Assembly (NCBI GenBank): GCA_002452335.1
Contig: DKFJ01000007.1
Coordinates: forward strand, 66,571-130,570
Direction: 5' to 3'
From: Deferribacteraceae bacterium UBA6799
GTDB lineage: Bacteria; Chrysiogenota; Deferribacteres; Deferribacterales; Geovibrionaceae
Length of the DNA: 64,000 nucleotides
Shown here: in pieces, positions 38,777 through 48,869 of the stretch
How the letters are laid out: each line of letters begins with the position of its first letter
Position numbering within the stretch: the first letter of the stretch is position 1
Program-made: the position numbers and the translations under genes
The notes under the pieces: model-generated
Told to the model about the DNA's origin: nothing
Database searches by the model: none
What the model saw: only the letters and a program-made list of their open reading frames with translations

Positions 38777-41110
38777 TTATTCTCCTTTTTCCATGCCCAG
38801 AGGCTTTGTCAGCAGTATGATAGCCGGAGCCAGAAACAGATCGGCAATGAGCGCCCAGCTGAAAGCCCAGCCAAACATAAACGACATTTTCAGATAACCG
38901 GTAAGAGAAGAAAGAGACAGCGGCAGAAATCCGATAACCAGCACTATCGTGGTGAATACGATCGGTCTTCCAACCGTCAGATATGTTTTTTTAAGCGCCT
39001 GAACGTAGTTTTCCGACTCTCTGAACTCATTACGAAAGCGGCTGAAAAAATGTATGCTGTCGTCCACCGAAACCCCTATGATGATGGGAGCGAAACACAG
39101 CAGTATGGCGTCCACGTTCATTCCTATGAACCCGGCTATGCCCAGAGCCATCACGACCGGAAATATGTTGGGAATCATACTGATGATGCCCAGCCTGAAA
39201 GATCTCATCACAATAAGCATCAACAGAAACACAGATACCAGCGCCGCCAGAAAGCTGCTTTTCTGAGCTTCTCCCAGCAGGTCGTTCAGACGCAGATACC
39301 TGTATACGCTTCCTGACATGGATATTTTTACGCTGCTGCCGAATAATTCATCCGCCTTGTGTACCGCTTTGTCACGCAGACTGCGGCATTCCGCCGTGGA
39401 TATGGCGGGGGTGCGCACCACCAGCCTTATCTTATCCGACTGAAAAGCAACGTATTTGTTTATATCACTGCCGCCGGAACCCTCATACATCAGCATATAC
39501 TGAGCCACCGTATCGTCCTTGTCAGGCATGGCGTAGTAATCTATATCGTTGTTGTGCATGGCCTTGCGCATCTTTTTCAACACGTCCGCCACGCTTGCCA
39601 CCTTGACAGCCTCTTTCTGGCTTTCCAGATAGGTTTGAAAATCATCCAGTTTTTTCATAAAATCAGCGCTTTTAACGCCGTCCGTCCTGCCTGTGTCTAT
39701 CATAAATTCCACAGACATGATGCCGCCCATGCGCTCGCCTACAAAGTCCATGTTGTCCCTGTAAGGGTTGCCCGGTTTCACCAGTTTCAGGGTGTTGGAT
39801 TCCATCTGCACCTTTGCGGCGCCGAATACAAACACCACAGAAAGCAGGATAAATACCGCTATGATGCTTTTCGGATAGGCTATCACCAGCCTGTGTATGC
39901 GCATAAGCATACGGTCGAAAAAGTCCTCTTCAGAAGCTTTTTTCGCCCTCTTTACCTTGTCCCTGCCGAAGGAATACCCGGCAGGCACCAGCATCAGAGT
40001 GATAATCAGGGCAGATACCACTCCGGCGGCAATATAAACGCCCATCTCCCTGTACGGCTTAACGTGTGTCACGACAAAGGACAGAAAGCCCACAGCTGTG
40101 GTAAGACTGGTGAACAGCATAGCGAGCCCGCTCTTGGCAAGCCCGGCCCGCAGACTGTCCCGCCTGCCCATTCCTTCGTCGGCACAGTCGTGAAAAGACG
40201 ATATGTAATGCATGGAATCGGCGATACCGACGCAAATCAGCAGCGTCGGCACGGAGATGGTGAGCAGATTAGCCGTAAATCCGGCGAGCGGGATAAACCC
40301 CATAGTCCAGAAAACAGATATAACAACCACAGCCATAGGGATAAGCACCGCTCTGACTCCCCGCCCCAGCCAGAAGAGCAGACCGAGCATTACGATGACA
40401 CTGTACATAAACAGCTTTTTACCGTCCGCTCCAACCAGCTTGTTATAGTCATAGCTGGAATTTGGTCCGCCGAAGACGTATATAGTCATGTCCTGATACT
40501 TGTCCTGATGAACCACTTTGTTCACAGCTTCCGCCACTGCGGCTCTCGGATTCTTGTCCTCTTCTTTATGCGGATACGGTGTCAGATCCAGATACAGCGC
40601 CAGCATACTCTTATCTTTTGATATAAGACTATCCACATATGACTTTTCCGTCAGGGCAAGAGACATCTTCTCGTCAACTTCCCCCTGAGTTTCCGGCAGT
40701 TCCTCCATAAAACCTGATATTTTCAGTTCGTCGTTGCCGGACTCTATCCACTCCACATTACCCAGCCACGTCATATTTTTGACATATGGAACAGTCTCTT
40801 CCAGTTCTGTACTTAGTTTTTCTATCTTTCTGAGCATCTCCGGAGTGAATTTTCCGTCTTCATTCTGATAAAAAAAGACGCTGACAAAATCATCGTTGCC
40901 GAAATTTTCCTCCATCTCCTTCATCACTGCAACGGATTCATCGCCCTCCACAAACCATATTTCGCTGGAATTATCGAAGACCAGCCCCTTTGCGCTCTTC
41001 AAAAAAAACGCTGTGAGAAGTACCAGCAGTATGATAGCAATCCAGCGGAATCTGATGATCTGCTCCGCCAGTGCACCAAAAAATTTCGCTGACTTCGTCT
41101 CTTTATTCAT
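38777..41110 (-). CDS. RND-superfamily MMPL/HAE3-type transporter (sterol-sensing-domain-like)
   Basis: 777 aa with two blocks of about six transmembrane segments and two periplasmic loops. RBS aggagcg lies before the ATG at 41110. Confidence 0.8.
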   Translation of the reverse strand: MNKETKSAKFFGALAEQIIRFRWIAIILLVLLTAFFLKSAKGLVFDNSSEIWFVEGDESVAVMKEMEENFGNDDFVSVFFYQNEDGKFTPEMLRKIEKLSTELEETVPYVKNMTWLGNVEWIESGNDELKISGFMEELPETQGEVDEKMSLALTEKSYVDSLISKDKSMLALYLDLTPYPHKEEDKNPRAAVAEAVNKVVHQDKYQDMTIYVFGGPNSSYDYNKLVGADGKKLFMYSVIVMLGLLFWLGRGVRAVLIPMAVVVISVFWTMGFIPLAGFTANLLTISVPTLLICVGIADSMHYISSFHDCADEGMGRRDSLRAGLAKSGLAMLFTSLTTAVGFLSFVVTHVKPYREMGVYIAAGVVSALIITLMLVPAGYSFGRDKVKRAKKASEEDFFDRMLMRIHRLVIAYPKSIIAVFILLSVVFVFGAAKVQMESNTLKLVKPGNPYRDNMDFVGERMGGIMSVEFMIDTGRTDGVKSADFMKKLDDFQTYLESQKEAVKVASVADVLKKMRKAMHNNDIDYYAMPDKDDTVAQYMLMYEGSGGSDINKYVAFQSDKIRLVVRTPAISTAECRSLRDKAVHKADELFGSSVKISMSGSVYRYLRLNDLLGEAQKSSFLAALVSVFLLMLIVMRSFRLGIISMIPNIFPVVMALGIAGFIGMNVDAILLCFAPIIIGVSVDDSIHFFSRFRNEFRESENYVQALKKTYLTVGRPIVFTTIVLVIGFLPLSLSSLTGYLKMSFMFGWAFSWALIADLFLAPAIILLTKPLGMEKGE

Positions 41111-41295
41111 AATTCTACGCTCCTGTGTGAAATAGAGCGTCATTCTAATACCCGTGAAACGTTTTTTCTGCCCTGTGACGGAGGAATAATAACCATGATT
41201 AAAATGAGATATACCGTATTTCTTTTCAGGTTATTCTATATCCGTTCCGGGGTAGCATTTTTTTTAAATAAAGCACACATATACTCATTATTGAT

Positions 41296-41314
41296 GAAAT
41301 TAGTTATCATTATC
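41296..41314. promoter_or_regulatory. candidate Fur box upstream of exbB
   Basis: gaaattagttatcattatc matches the Fur consensus at 14 of 19 positions. Confidence 0.35.
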
Positions 41315-41335
41315 ACTACATCACGGAGAAATTTT

Positions 41336-41770
41336 ATGCACATGCTCACACATTTGGTCGATTACGGCATCATCGGTATCCTTATCATATTAAGCATCAT
41401 AGCAGTCGCTGTCGCCATAGAAAGGTTCTCATTTTACAAAAAGATAAACGTGGACACATACACTACGACACAGGAACTGGAATCGGTGCTGACCAGCCGT
41501 CTGCATCTGGTCGCCACCATAGGCAGCAATGCTCCTTATATAGGTCTGCTTGGAACTGTTCTGGGAATCATGCAGACCTTTTACTCCATGGGTGCAAACG
41601 GCACCACAAATGTAAACGACATCATGGCCGGTCTGGCTCTGGCGCTGAAAGCAACCGCCGCAGGGCTGCTGGTGGCCATCCCTTCCATCGTGATGTACAA
41701 TCTTCTGCACAGAAGAGTGAACGTACTGATGCTCCGGAAAGAGGCTGAAAATGAAAGACAAAAACTTTGA
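41336..41770 (+). CDS. exbB: MotA/TolQ/ExbB proton-channel protein
   Basis: Three transmembrane segments and GLLGTVLGIMQTF. RBS acggag lies before the ATG at 41336. Confidence 0.85.
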   Translation: MHMLTHLVDYGIIGILIILSIIAVAVAIERFSFYKKINVDTYTTTQELESVLTSRLHLVATIGSNAPYIGLLGTVLGIMQTFYSMGANGTTNVNDIMAGLALALKATAAGLLVAIPSIVMYNLLHRRVNVLMLRKEAENERQKL

Positions 41771-42131
41771 CAGTATAAATGTCGTCCCGTTCATAGACAT
41801 CATGCTGGTACTTCTGACCATAGTTCTGGCAACAGCCACGTTCATAGCCAAAGGATCCATACCTATCTCCCTGCCTCAGGCATCGCATACAGAGTCGGCT
41901 CAGCAGGGAATAACCATAGACGTGTCAGAAGACGGCAGATTTTTTTACAACGGGAAATCATATTCTCTTCAGGGACTGGCAGAGGAACTCGTTAAATATA
42001 AAAAAGACAGCTCCATAGTCCTCAGAGCGGATAAGAACGCCATAATCCAGAATTTTGTAGATATCATGAACATGCTTAAAAACGCCGGATTCACCAACGT
42101 GCATCTGGAAACCGAGGCGGATACAAGATGA
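41751..42131 (+). CDS. exbD: ExbD/TolR biopolymer transport protein
   Basis: INVVPFIDIMLVLL... with a single transmembrane segment and a periplasmic domain. Confidence 0.85.
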   Translation: MKDKNFDSINVVPFIDIMLVLLTIVLATATFIAKGSIPISLPQASHTESAQQGITIDVSEDGRFFYNGKSYSLQGLAEELVKYKKDSSIVLRADKNAIIQNFVDIMNMLKNAGFTNVHLETEADTR

Positions 42132-42823
42132 AAAATGCAACGCTGAAATCAATCATACTTCATGCCGCTCTGATCATCTTTTTTTATAACAGCGTAGGGT
42201 TCACAGGTCTGAAACCGGAACCTAAAAAGGTAATGATCGATCTGTCAGCATTCTGCCTGCCTGAGCCGGAGGAAGCGCCTGTAGAGCCTCCGAAACCGGA
42301 ACCTGTCAAAAAAGAGCCGGAACCCGCACCGGTGAAGAAACAGATTCAGTCAAAACCTGAGCCTGTTAAGCCGAAATATGAAAAAGTAGCGACAGCCTCG
42401 CCTGTCACAGCGCCAGCCCCTCCGACCTATGCTGAGCCGGAGGAAGAATATATCGAGACGGCTCCCGTTCAGCCGGTACATCCCCCTGTAAAAACCGATC
42501 CGGTTCCTGTGGCGGCGGCTGTTCCTCCTGTTCAGAAAAATAACTTCGACTATGACGGATACAGAAACAGGCTGGGGGCAAAGCTGGAATCAAGCAAAAC
42601 ATATCCTCTGATGGCTAAACGAAGGGGCATAGAAGGTCTGGTTAAGCTGAAACTGAAAATCGCCGTGAACGGCACTCTGCTGGACTCGGAGATACTGGCG
42701 TCCAGCGGTTCCGACCTCCTGGACAAGGAAGCCATGGCGCTGGTACGCTCAGTATTTCCTGTTAAACATAATTCTGATGAAGTTCTCTATGTTGTCGTTC
42801 CTGTGATGTATAAACTCTACTGA
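42128..42823 (+). CDS. tonB: TonB energy transducer
   Basis: N-terminal anchor, Pro-rich spacer (EPEEAPVEPPKPEPVKKEPEPAPVKK) and a TonB C-terminal domain. Confidence 0.85.
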   Translation: MKNATLKSIILHAALIIFFYNSVGFTGLKPEPKKVMIDLSAFCLPEPEEAPVEPPKPEPVKKEPEPAPVKKQIQSKPEPVKPKYEKVATASPVTAPAPPTYAEPEEEYIETAPVQPVHPPVKTDPVPVAAAVPPVQKNNFDYDGYRNRLGAKLESSKTYPLMAKRRGIEGLVKLKLKIAVNGTLLDSEILASSGSDLLDKEAMALVRSVFPVKHNSDEVLYVVVPVMYKLY

Positions 42824-42833
42824 GAGACTGCCG

Positions 42834-44051
42834 TCAGCTTGTCTGTTCGTCAGCCGTGATATTCTCCAGCCATACGGATTCTCTGCTCCTCCATGCGTAG
42901 AATGTCAGAAAACCAAAAGCGAAAACAGCCGCCAGAAAAGGCAGCGATGGGTCGAACCCATAGAGAAGAGTGCTGAGGAGCGGTCCGGCTATGATACCTA
43001 TCCCCTGAGCGGCGGAGACAGTTCCTGCGGCTGAGCCCTGCTCGGATTTTGACACAGCGTTGGCAGCCAGCGCCTGAAAAGCCGGAAAAATCATTCCCAT
43101 TCCGGCGGTAGCCACACAAAAACCAATTATAAGACTCACCTGCGTAGAAGCAAACAGAGTAACCATGAGAAAACCAAGCGAGGACACGGCGGCGCCTGTT
43201 TTCAGCCAGTTTCTCGGAGTCACCCCTCCGATTCTGGACACGGCTATCTGAACCGCTATAAAAGCAAAGCCGATACTCGACAGAGCAAACCCGGTGACCT
43301 TAGAACTGGCGACCATATCAAGCTCCAGCCTGTCTATCACATAAAACCCTATACACACCTGAGAAGTAACCACGGAATACATGGTTAAAAATGCCGCCGT
43401 CATGGGTAGCCTAAGCCTCGGATCGAGGATTTTCAGTGGTTCTGTCTTCTCCGTATGAGCGGGTTTAGACTGTTTCAGAAACAAAAATACCGCCAACGCC
43501 GCCAGCGCCGGCATAACAGACGCCGCAAACAGAGGAACAGCCAGCCCGAAAACAGCGAGCGCCCCGCCCAGAGCAGGTCCCACTATCATCCCTATTCCGT
43601 TGGACGCTCCCAGAACAGCCATCATGGATGCCCTCTTCTCAGGAGCCGTGCTGTCCGCCACCACAGCGGCGGAGACAGGTGGGATAGCAGAATAAAAAGC
43701 GCCGATCATCCCTCTGGTCACCATCAGCAGGAGGACGGAGATAAGAACAGATGGCGGGTTTTTCACCGCAAAACTGATAAAAAGAGACAGCAGAAAATAT
43801 GATGCGGCAAAACCCGCTATACCCGTAAAGAGAACAGGTCTGCGTCCCTTCATGTCGCTCTTTCTTCCCCAGTATCTGGATGTCAGTATCCAGAGCACAC
43901 CGCCCAGCGCCACTGAAACGCCTGCGTGCCACTCCATCAGCCCCAGTTCCCTGACAATGGGACCAACCACAGCCAGAAAAGACATCATGGCGGCTACGCA
44001 TAATATGTTTACAACTACTATAGATTTTACAGCGTTTTTATTATCATTCAT
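42834..44051 (-). CDS. MFS transporter (12 transmembrane segments)
   Basis: 405-aa MFS_1-type protein, last gene of the ABC-ABC-MFS-MFS operon. Confidence 0.8.
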   Translation of the reverse strand: MNDNKNAVKSIVVVNILCVAAMMSFLAVVGPIVRELGLMEWHAGVSVALGGVLWILTSRYWGRKSDMKGRRPVLFTGIAGFAASYFLLSLFISFAVKNPPSVLISVLLLMVTRGMIGAFYSAIPPVSAAVVADSTAPEKRASMMAVLGASNGIGMIVGPALGGALAVFGLAVPLFAASVMPALAALAVFLFLKQSKPAHTEKTEPLKILDPRLRLPMTAAFLTMYSVVTSQVCIGFYVIDRLELDMVASSKVTGFALSSIGFAFIAVQIAVSRIGGVTPRNWLKTGAAVSSLGFLMVTLFASTQVSLIIGFCVATAGMGMIFPAFQALAANAVSKSEQGSAAGTVSAAQGIGIIAGPLLSTLLYGFDPSLPFLAAVFAFGFLTFYAWRSRESVWLENITADEQTS

Positions 44052-44061
44052 TTAATACTCC

Positions 44062-45312
44062 TTACTGTTCTGTAACAGTGCTAAGCTCCGGTATCCTGAT
44101 ATCTCCCCCGGATGAACGGCGGTATAGTACAGAAGACACAGCGGCCGCCAGAAAAGCCATCAGAGAAGCAGCAGAGATCATGACAGTGTATCCGAATATA
44201 CCTGCCATAGCTGTTCCGGCAAATCCGCTGAAAAATCCAACCATAAGATACAGACTGTGCTGCATGGCAAAATCCGTGGCGGGTTTCTCTCCGGATACCT
44301 GATCCATCATTATGGTGGACAGCAGAGTGGCGCTCGGGCTGTAGACTATCAATATCATGCTCACGCTGATAAGCACTATCGCCGTGCCGCTGTATCCGCC
44401 TATGGGCAGAAGCAGGAGCAGAATTGTTGCTCCCTGAGCCAGTGACAGCGACATCAGCATCTTTCCCCGTCCGATTTTTTTTATCATCACTCCGGCAAAG
44501 AAAGCAGAAACGGCGCCCACTGCGGAGCCTATCACATTAACCACCAGACCGATGACATCCAGCCTCCACCCGCTGTCCACCAGAATCGGCGAGATAAGGG
44601 TATAAGCGATACATATGCCTATGGGGTAGAAGAACAGCAGAAAAAGCCATCTGAGCCTGCCGTTCAGCCAGAATCTGAAAAAATATGAGACATATCCGGT
44701 GTTCCCTCTGATATAAGGCTTAAATACCGGCTCTTTGAAAAAAATAAGCTGAACAAACGAAACGGCTGTCAGAGATGCCAGCACCCACAGACATTTTTCC
44801 CAGCCCAGCCATGCGTATAGCATCAGCCCGGCTCCGCCGCCTATCATATATCCCAGCATGCCTCCGGCTATCTTTACAGCGTTGCCGATGCCTCTGTCCT
44901 GCTCGCCCAGAAGACCGTAAGCCAGAGCGTCCACCACCACATCCTGTGTGGAAGAGAAAAAACCTATGAATACGCCTATGAGCATCAGCGTCTTCAGATC
45001 CTCACCCACAGACAGACCGGACGTAACCAGAAGCGAAACCGCCAGACAAAACTGGAATATCAGCAGCCAGCCCTTGTATTTCCATCTTTTCACCGGAGAA
45101 TATCTGTCTATGAGCGGAGCCCATAGAAACTTCAGCATCCAGAAAAAACCAAGCAGATATATTACGCTGATGCTCTGGAGCGAAGCGCCGTTCTTTCTCA
45201 TTATGGCGACAAGCGCCTCTATAAAGAAGCTGAAGCCCAGATACTGCGTGACATACAGAGACCCCAGAAGAATGAGTTCTCTGACTGTTACCCTTCTGTC
45301 GTTATACATCAC
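44062..45312 (-). CDS. MFS transporter, AmpG/FptX/YbtX-like putative siderophore permease
   Basis: 416 aa with 12 transmembrane segments. It sits where ybtX/fptX sit relative to the fused ABC pair. Confidence 0.7.
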   Translation of the reverse strand: MMYNDRRVTVRELILLGSLYVTQYLGFSFFIEALVAIMRKNGASLQSISVIYLLGFFWMLKFLWAPLIDRYSPVKRWKYKGWLLIFQFCLAVSLLVTSGLSVGEDLKTLMLIGVFIGFFSSTQDVVVDALAYGLLGEQDRGIGNAVKIAGGMLGYMIGGGAGLMLYAWLGWEKCLWVLASLTAVSFVQLIFFKEPVFKPYIRGNTGYVSYFFRFWLNGRLRWLFLLFFYPIGICIAYTLISPILVDSGWRLDVIGLVVNVIGSAVGAVSAFFAGVMIKKIGRGKMLMSLSLAQGATILLLLLPIGGYSGTAIVLISVSMILIVYSPSATLLSTIMMDQVSGEKPATDFAMQHSLYLMVGFFSGFAGTAMAGIFGYTVMISAASLMAFLAAAVSSVLYRRSSGGDIRIPELSTVTEQ

Positions 45313-47089
45313 CGCCCCCTGAAGCCAGATTCCAGTTTTTCGCTCTCTGCTGAGCTTCCCACATGCCTGCGTATCTGCCCTGTTTTTCCATCAGAGAATC
45401 GTGCGTTCCCTGCTCCACAAGTTTTCCGTTATCTATAACCATTATGTTGTCTGCGCCTTTTACCGTGGACAGTCTGTGCGCTATCACTATCACGGTTCTG
45501 TTCTTCACCAGGACGTCCACCGCTTTCTGAACCGCCTCTTCGCTCTCTGTGTCCAGAGCGGCTGTGGGCTCATCCAGAATAACAATCGGAGAGTCTTTCA
45601 ATATGGCTCTGGCTATGCTGATCCGCTGGCGCTCTCCGCCGGACAGACTGCCGCCTATGTCCCCTGTTCTGGTGTAATATCCTTCAGGAAGTCTGCTGAT
45701 GAATTCATGGCAATAGGCGGAGTCTGCCGCCGCCCTGACCTCTTCGTCAGAGGCGTCCGGTCTGCCCATGCGTATGTTGTTAATTACAGTGTCATCGAAC
45801 AGATAAACATCCTGAAACACTACGGAGATATATTTCATCAGCTCTGCCTGACCCAGCGACCTGATATCCGCTCCGCCAAGTCTCACAATACCTGACTGCG
45901 GATCGCTGTAACGCATCAACAGCTTTGTGATAGTGGTTTTTCCCGATCCGGACGGACCGACTATGGCTGTCAGAGAGCTGTAGGGGATTTTGAAAGAAAT
46001 ATTTTCCACTGCCGGCTGTTTCTCTCCCTCATAGGTGAAACTGACATCTGAAAACTCAATATCATATCCCTCCGGCGTTCCTCCGCTCTGAATAACCTCC
46101 AGTTCTTTGGCTTCCAGAAGTCCCTTGATCCGGGTGAAAGCCGACTGAACCGTGTCGAACACGTTAGTAACGTTGACATACAGAGAGATGGGCTCCGCGA
46201 ATCTGGCAACAGCTATCAGAAGCCCTGCCAGAACATAGATGTGCAGACTGCCAGACTGAACAAAGAAACCGCCGAGGATCAGAACTGACAAAAGCCCGAC
46301 CTCCACCAGAGACGTGATAAAAAGAGCCGGCAGAGAACCCTTCATCAGTCCGTCCGCCTGAGCCTTTCTCAGATGCTTGACGGATTTCTGAAGCCTAACG
46401 GACTTAGTTCCTGTCTGGTTAACAGCACGGAGCACAGGAAGCCCCTGAGCGTATTCTATTATGTCTGATTCCACATCAGCATGCGCCAGAACAACCTCCT
46501 CCTTCTCCTCCTGAGAGAGTCTCCTGCGCCATTTATAAAGAGGAATCCCGAGAGGCATTATAAACATCATCGCAAGCCCCAGACGCCAGTCAGTCAACAA
46601 AGCGGCGATGATAACCAGCGATGGAACGACAATAATCTGTATAAGAAGAGACCCCACCACACCCACATGCAGAACTGACTCGTCCACATTGGCGGAGAAA
46701 ACCGAATTCAGATCTCCTGTCCGGTATTTATAGAGTTTTTCCAGAGCCATGCGTCTGAGCTTGGTTCCCAGCTTCATACGCAGACTGTGGGTCACATCCA
46801 CAATATTTCCCGTGTAGTCAAAATCATGAGCGAACCAGCGTGCGGTGACATCTATCAGACCGAAAACAGCCATGATTCCAAGCCACATCCACGCCCTGTC
46901 CGTATCTGCCGGCTGGGAGAACAGCGCCTTCATGAGCGGGAGAAAACAGACGAACGTTATCCCCTGGGCAAAGAAAGAGAGTATGAAAAACCTGACACTG
47001 CGGCGGTATGCCGGAGCCTGATCTCCGGATATTTCCTGCGCCTGTCTGTATGTTTCAAGGATTGTCAGATATTTATTTTTTCCGGACAT
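45302..47089 (-). CDS. fused ABC transporter permease/ATP-binding protein (YbtQ/PchI-like)
   Basis: Six transmembrane segments plus a nucleotide-binding domain (GPSGSGKTT, LSGGERQR, ILDEPT). Start MSGKNKYL at 47089 overlaps the upstream gene by 17 nt. Confidence 0.85.
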   Translation of the reverse strand: MSGKNKYLTILETYRQAQEISGDQAPAYRRSVRFFILSFFAQGITFVCFLPLMKALFSQPADTDRAWMWLGIMAVFGLIDVTARWFAHDFDYTGNIVDVTHSLRMKLGTKLRRMALEKLYKYRTGDLNSVFSANVDESVLHVGVVGSLLIQIIVVPSLVIIAALLTDWRLGLAMMFIMPLGIPLYKWRRRLSQEEKEEVVLAHADVESDIIEYAQGLPVLRAVNQTGTKSVRLQKSVKHLRKAQADGLMKGSLPALFITSLVEVGLLSVLILGGFFVQSGSLHIYVLAGLLIAVARFAEPISLYVNVTNVFDTVQSAFTRIKGLLEAKELEVIQSGGTPEGYDIEFSDVSFTYEGEKQPAVENISFKIPYSSLTAIVGPSGSGKTTITKLLMRYSDPQSGIVRLGGADIRSLGQAELMKYISVVFQDVYLFDDTVINNIRMGRPDASDEEVRAAADSAYCHEFISRLPEGYYTRTGDIGGSLSGGERQRISIARAILKDSPIVILDEPTAALDTESEEAVQKAVDVLVKNRTVIVIAHRLSTVKGADNIMVIDNGKLVEQGTHDSLMEKQGRYAGMWEAQQRAKNWNLASGGGDV

Positions 47090-48869
47090 TGTTTCCTCCG
47101 TTTCTGTGCAGATCCCATGCCTGCGCCCTTTCGTAGCTTTGCCACAGACGGGCATACACCCCGCCCGCTTTTGTCAGCGAGCCGTGTGTTCCTGATTCCA
47201 CAGCCTGACCGCCGTCAAAAACCACTATCTGGTCAGCGTCTTTTATACTGGAAAGCCTGTGGGCTATGACTATCACGGTTTTGTTTTTCATCAGCATGGC
47301 GAGAGCCTTTATTATCTCCTCTTCGTTCTCCGGATCGGCAAACGCTGTCGCCTCGTCCAGCACCACTATCGGGGCGTTATGCAGAATCGCTCTGGCTATG
47401 GTGATCCGCTGTTTCTGACCGCCGGACAGCCTTACGCCCCTGTCCCCTGCCACTGTGTCGTATCCGTCCGGCAGAGACATTATGAATTCATGAATCTGGG
47501 CCGACCCGGCAGCCTTCATGACATCGATATCAGATGCTTTCGGATTCGCCATTCTGATATTTTCCCTGAGAGTGTCGTTGAACAGAAACGTATCCTGAAA
47601 AACGAATGACACAACCTTCATCAGTGTTTCAGTGGGAATATTCCGGATGTCGGCGCCGCCTATCGTTACTGAGCCGGAGTCAACATCCCAGAATCTGGGT
47701 ATCAGCTTCGCCACGGTGCTCTTTCCGGCTCCGGACGGACCAACCAGAGCAGTCACAGTTCCGGCGGGAACTGTGAAGCTGACGTCTTTCAGAGCGTATT
47801 CCGCCCTGTTCTCATATCTGAAAAAGACGTTTCTGAACTCTATGGATGAATCGGCGGGATATTCCGGTTGTGACGGTTCTTTCAGCACGGGAGAGCTCAT
47901 AATATCCTGTATCCTGAGAGCGCTCGCCTCGGATTTTTTTATGAAGTTGGATATCCACATCAGAGGCATCATAGAATCAGACATACCCGTGCTAAGCAGG
48001 ATAGACGCAGTGAGAGAGAAAACATCCACCTGTCCTCTGCCCATCAGCCATATTCCGGCGGCTGTCACTGCGAGCAGAGTAGGCAGGGGGCTGAGTATCA
48101 TCATGCCCAGTCTGGCGGGAACCCCCGTTACAGCTATCCATTTTTTCAGAGAAGTTCTGTATTCTTCCATAGACGTATTGAATCTGCGGAATGAGCTGGT
48201 TCCGTCATCGAAAATACGGACAACAGGCATCGCCTGAACATATTCTATTACAGCGGAGTTGATGCTCTCCTGACTGCTGTCATATTTTTTTCTGTGTTCC
48301 ACAGAATCACGCATTACAAAAAACATAAGAATACCGCCTGCTGCGAGCACAGACAAAGAAACGCTGGCAAGCCTCCAGTCGATGATATACATCATAACCA
48401 GAGAAACCACAGGCGCTGCTGAACTGCGCCCCACAAAGGGTGTTGTGTCCGCCACAAAGGCGTGCAGGTTTTTTACATCATCCAGCATCACCTTTTTCAG
48501 GGCGCCGGAACCTGTGCCTATAATGTAGCCCAGAGGCACATTAGCAAGATGAGCGGACAGCTTAGTCCTGAGTATCTCTTCCAGATGAAAAGCGCCCATA
48601 TGCGATATTTTGAAAGCGATGCTTCTGGATATATATGCGATGACGGTGGTAATCAGCAGAAACACCACAGATGCTCCAACGGTGAGAGACAGCCCCCCAA
48701 CCGGGCTCTCGCCTGCTATCAGAGACAGCGTATAGGCGATCAGAACGAGAGACAGGATGGAAACAAACGCCGCGAATCCGGCGAGAAATATGGCAGACCG
48801 GATCTCGGTCATAACCGGGGACATTATAGACCAAAGCCCCCTCTTGGTATCTTTCATCTCATTTTTCAT
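47073..48869 (-). CDS. fused ABC transporter permease/ATP-binding protein (YbtP/PchH-like)
   Basis: Six transmembrane segments plus a nucleotide-binding domain (GPSGAGKST, LSGGQKQR, VLDEAT). Confidence 0.85.
   Translation of the reverse strand: MKNEMKDTKRGLWSIMSPVMTEIRSAIFLAGFAAFVSILSLVLIAYTLSLIAGESPVGGLSLTVGASVVFLLITTVIAYISRSIAFKISHMGAFHLEEILRTKLSAHLANVPLGYIIGTGSGALKKVMLDDVKNLHAFVADTTPFVGRSSAAPVVSLVMMYIIDWRLASVSLSVLAAGGILMFFVMRDSVEHRKKYDSSQESINSAVIEYVQAMPVVRIFDDGTSSFRRFNTSMEEYRTSLKKWIAVTGVPARLGMMILSPLPTLLAVTAAGIWLMGRGQVDVFSLTASILLSTGMSDSMMPLMWISNFIKKSEASALRIQDIMSSPVLKEPSQPEYPADSSIEFRNVFFRYENRAEYALKDVSFTVPAGTVTALVGPSGAGKSTVAKLIPRFWDVDSGSVTIGGADIRNIPTETLMKVVSFVFQDTFLFNDTLRENIRMANPKASDIDVMKAAGSAQIHEFIMSLPDGYDTVAGDRGVRLSGGQKQRITIARAILHNAPIVVLDEATAFADPENEEEIIKALAMLMKNKTVIVIAHRLSSIKDADQIVVFDGGQAVESGTHGSLTKAGGVYARLWQSYERAQAWDLHRNGGNNVRKK

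Noticed and set aside
39359-40621. 420-aa plus-strand ORF
   Set aside because: It lies entirely antisense to the MMPL transporter gene, whose 12-transmembrane topology and RBS are convincing, and shows no domain similarity. The same applies to 37113..38000 (antisense to the DUF1302-like gene) and 17433..18131 (antisense to HD-GYP).
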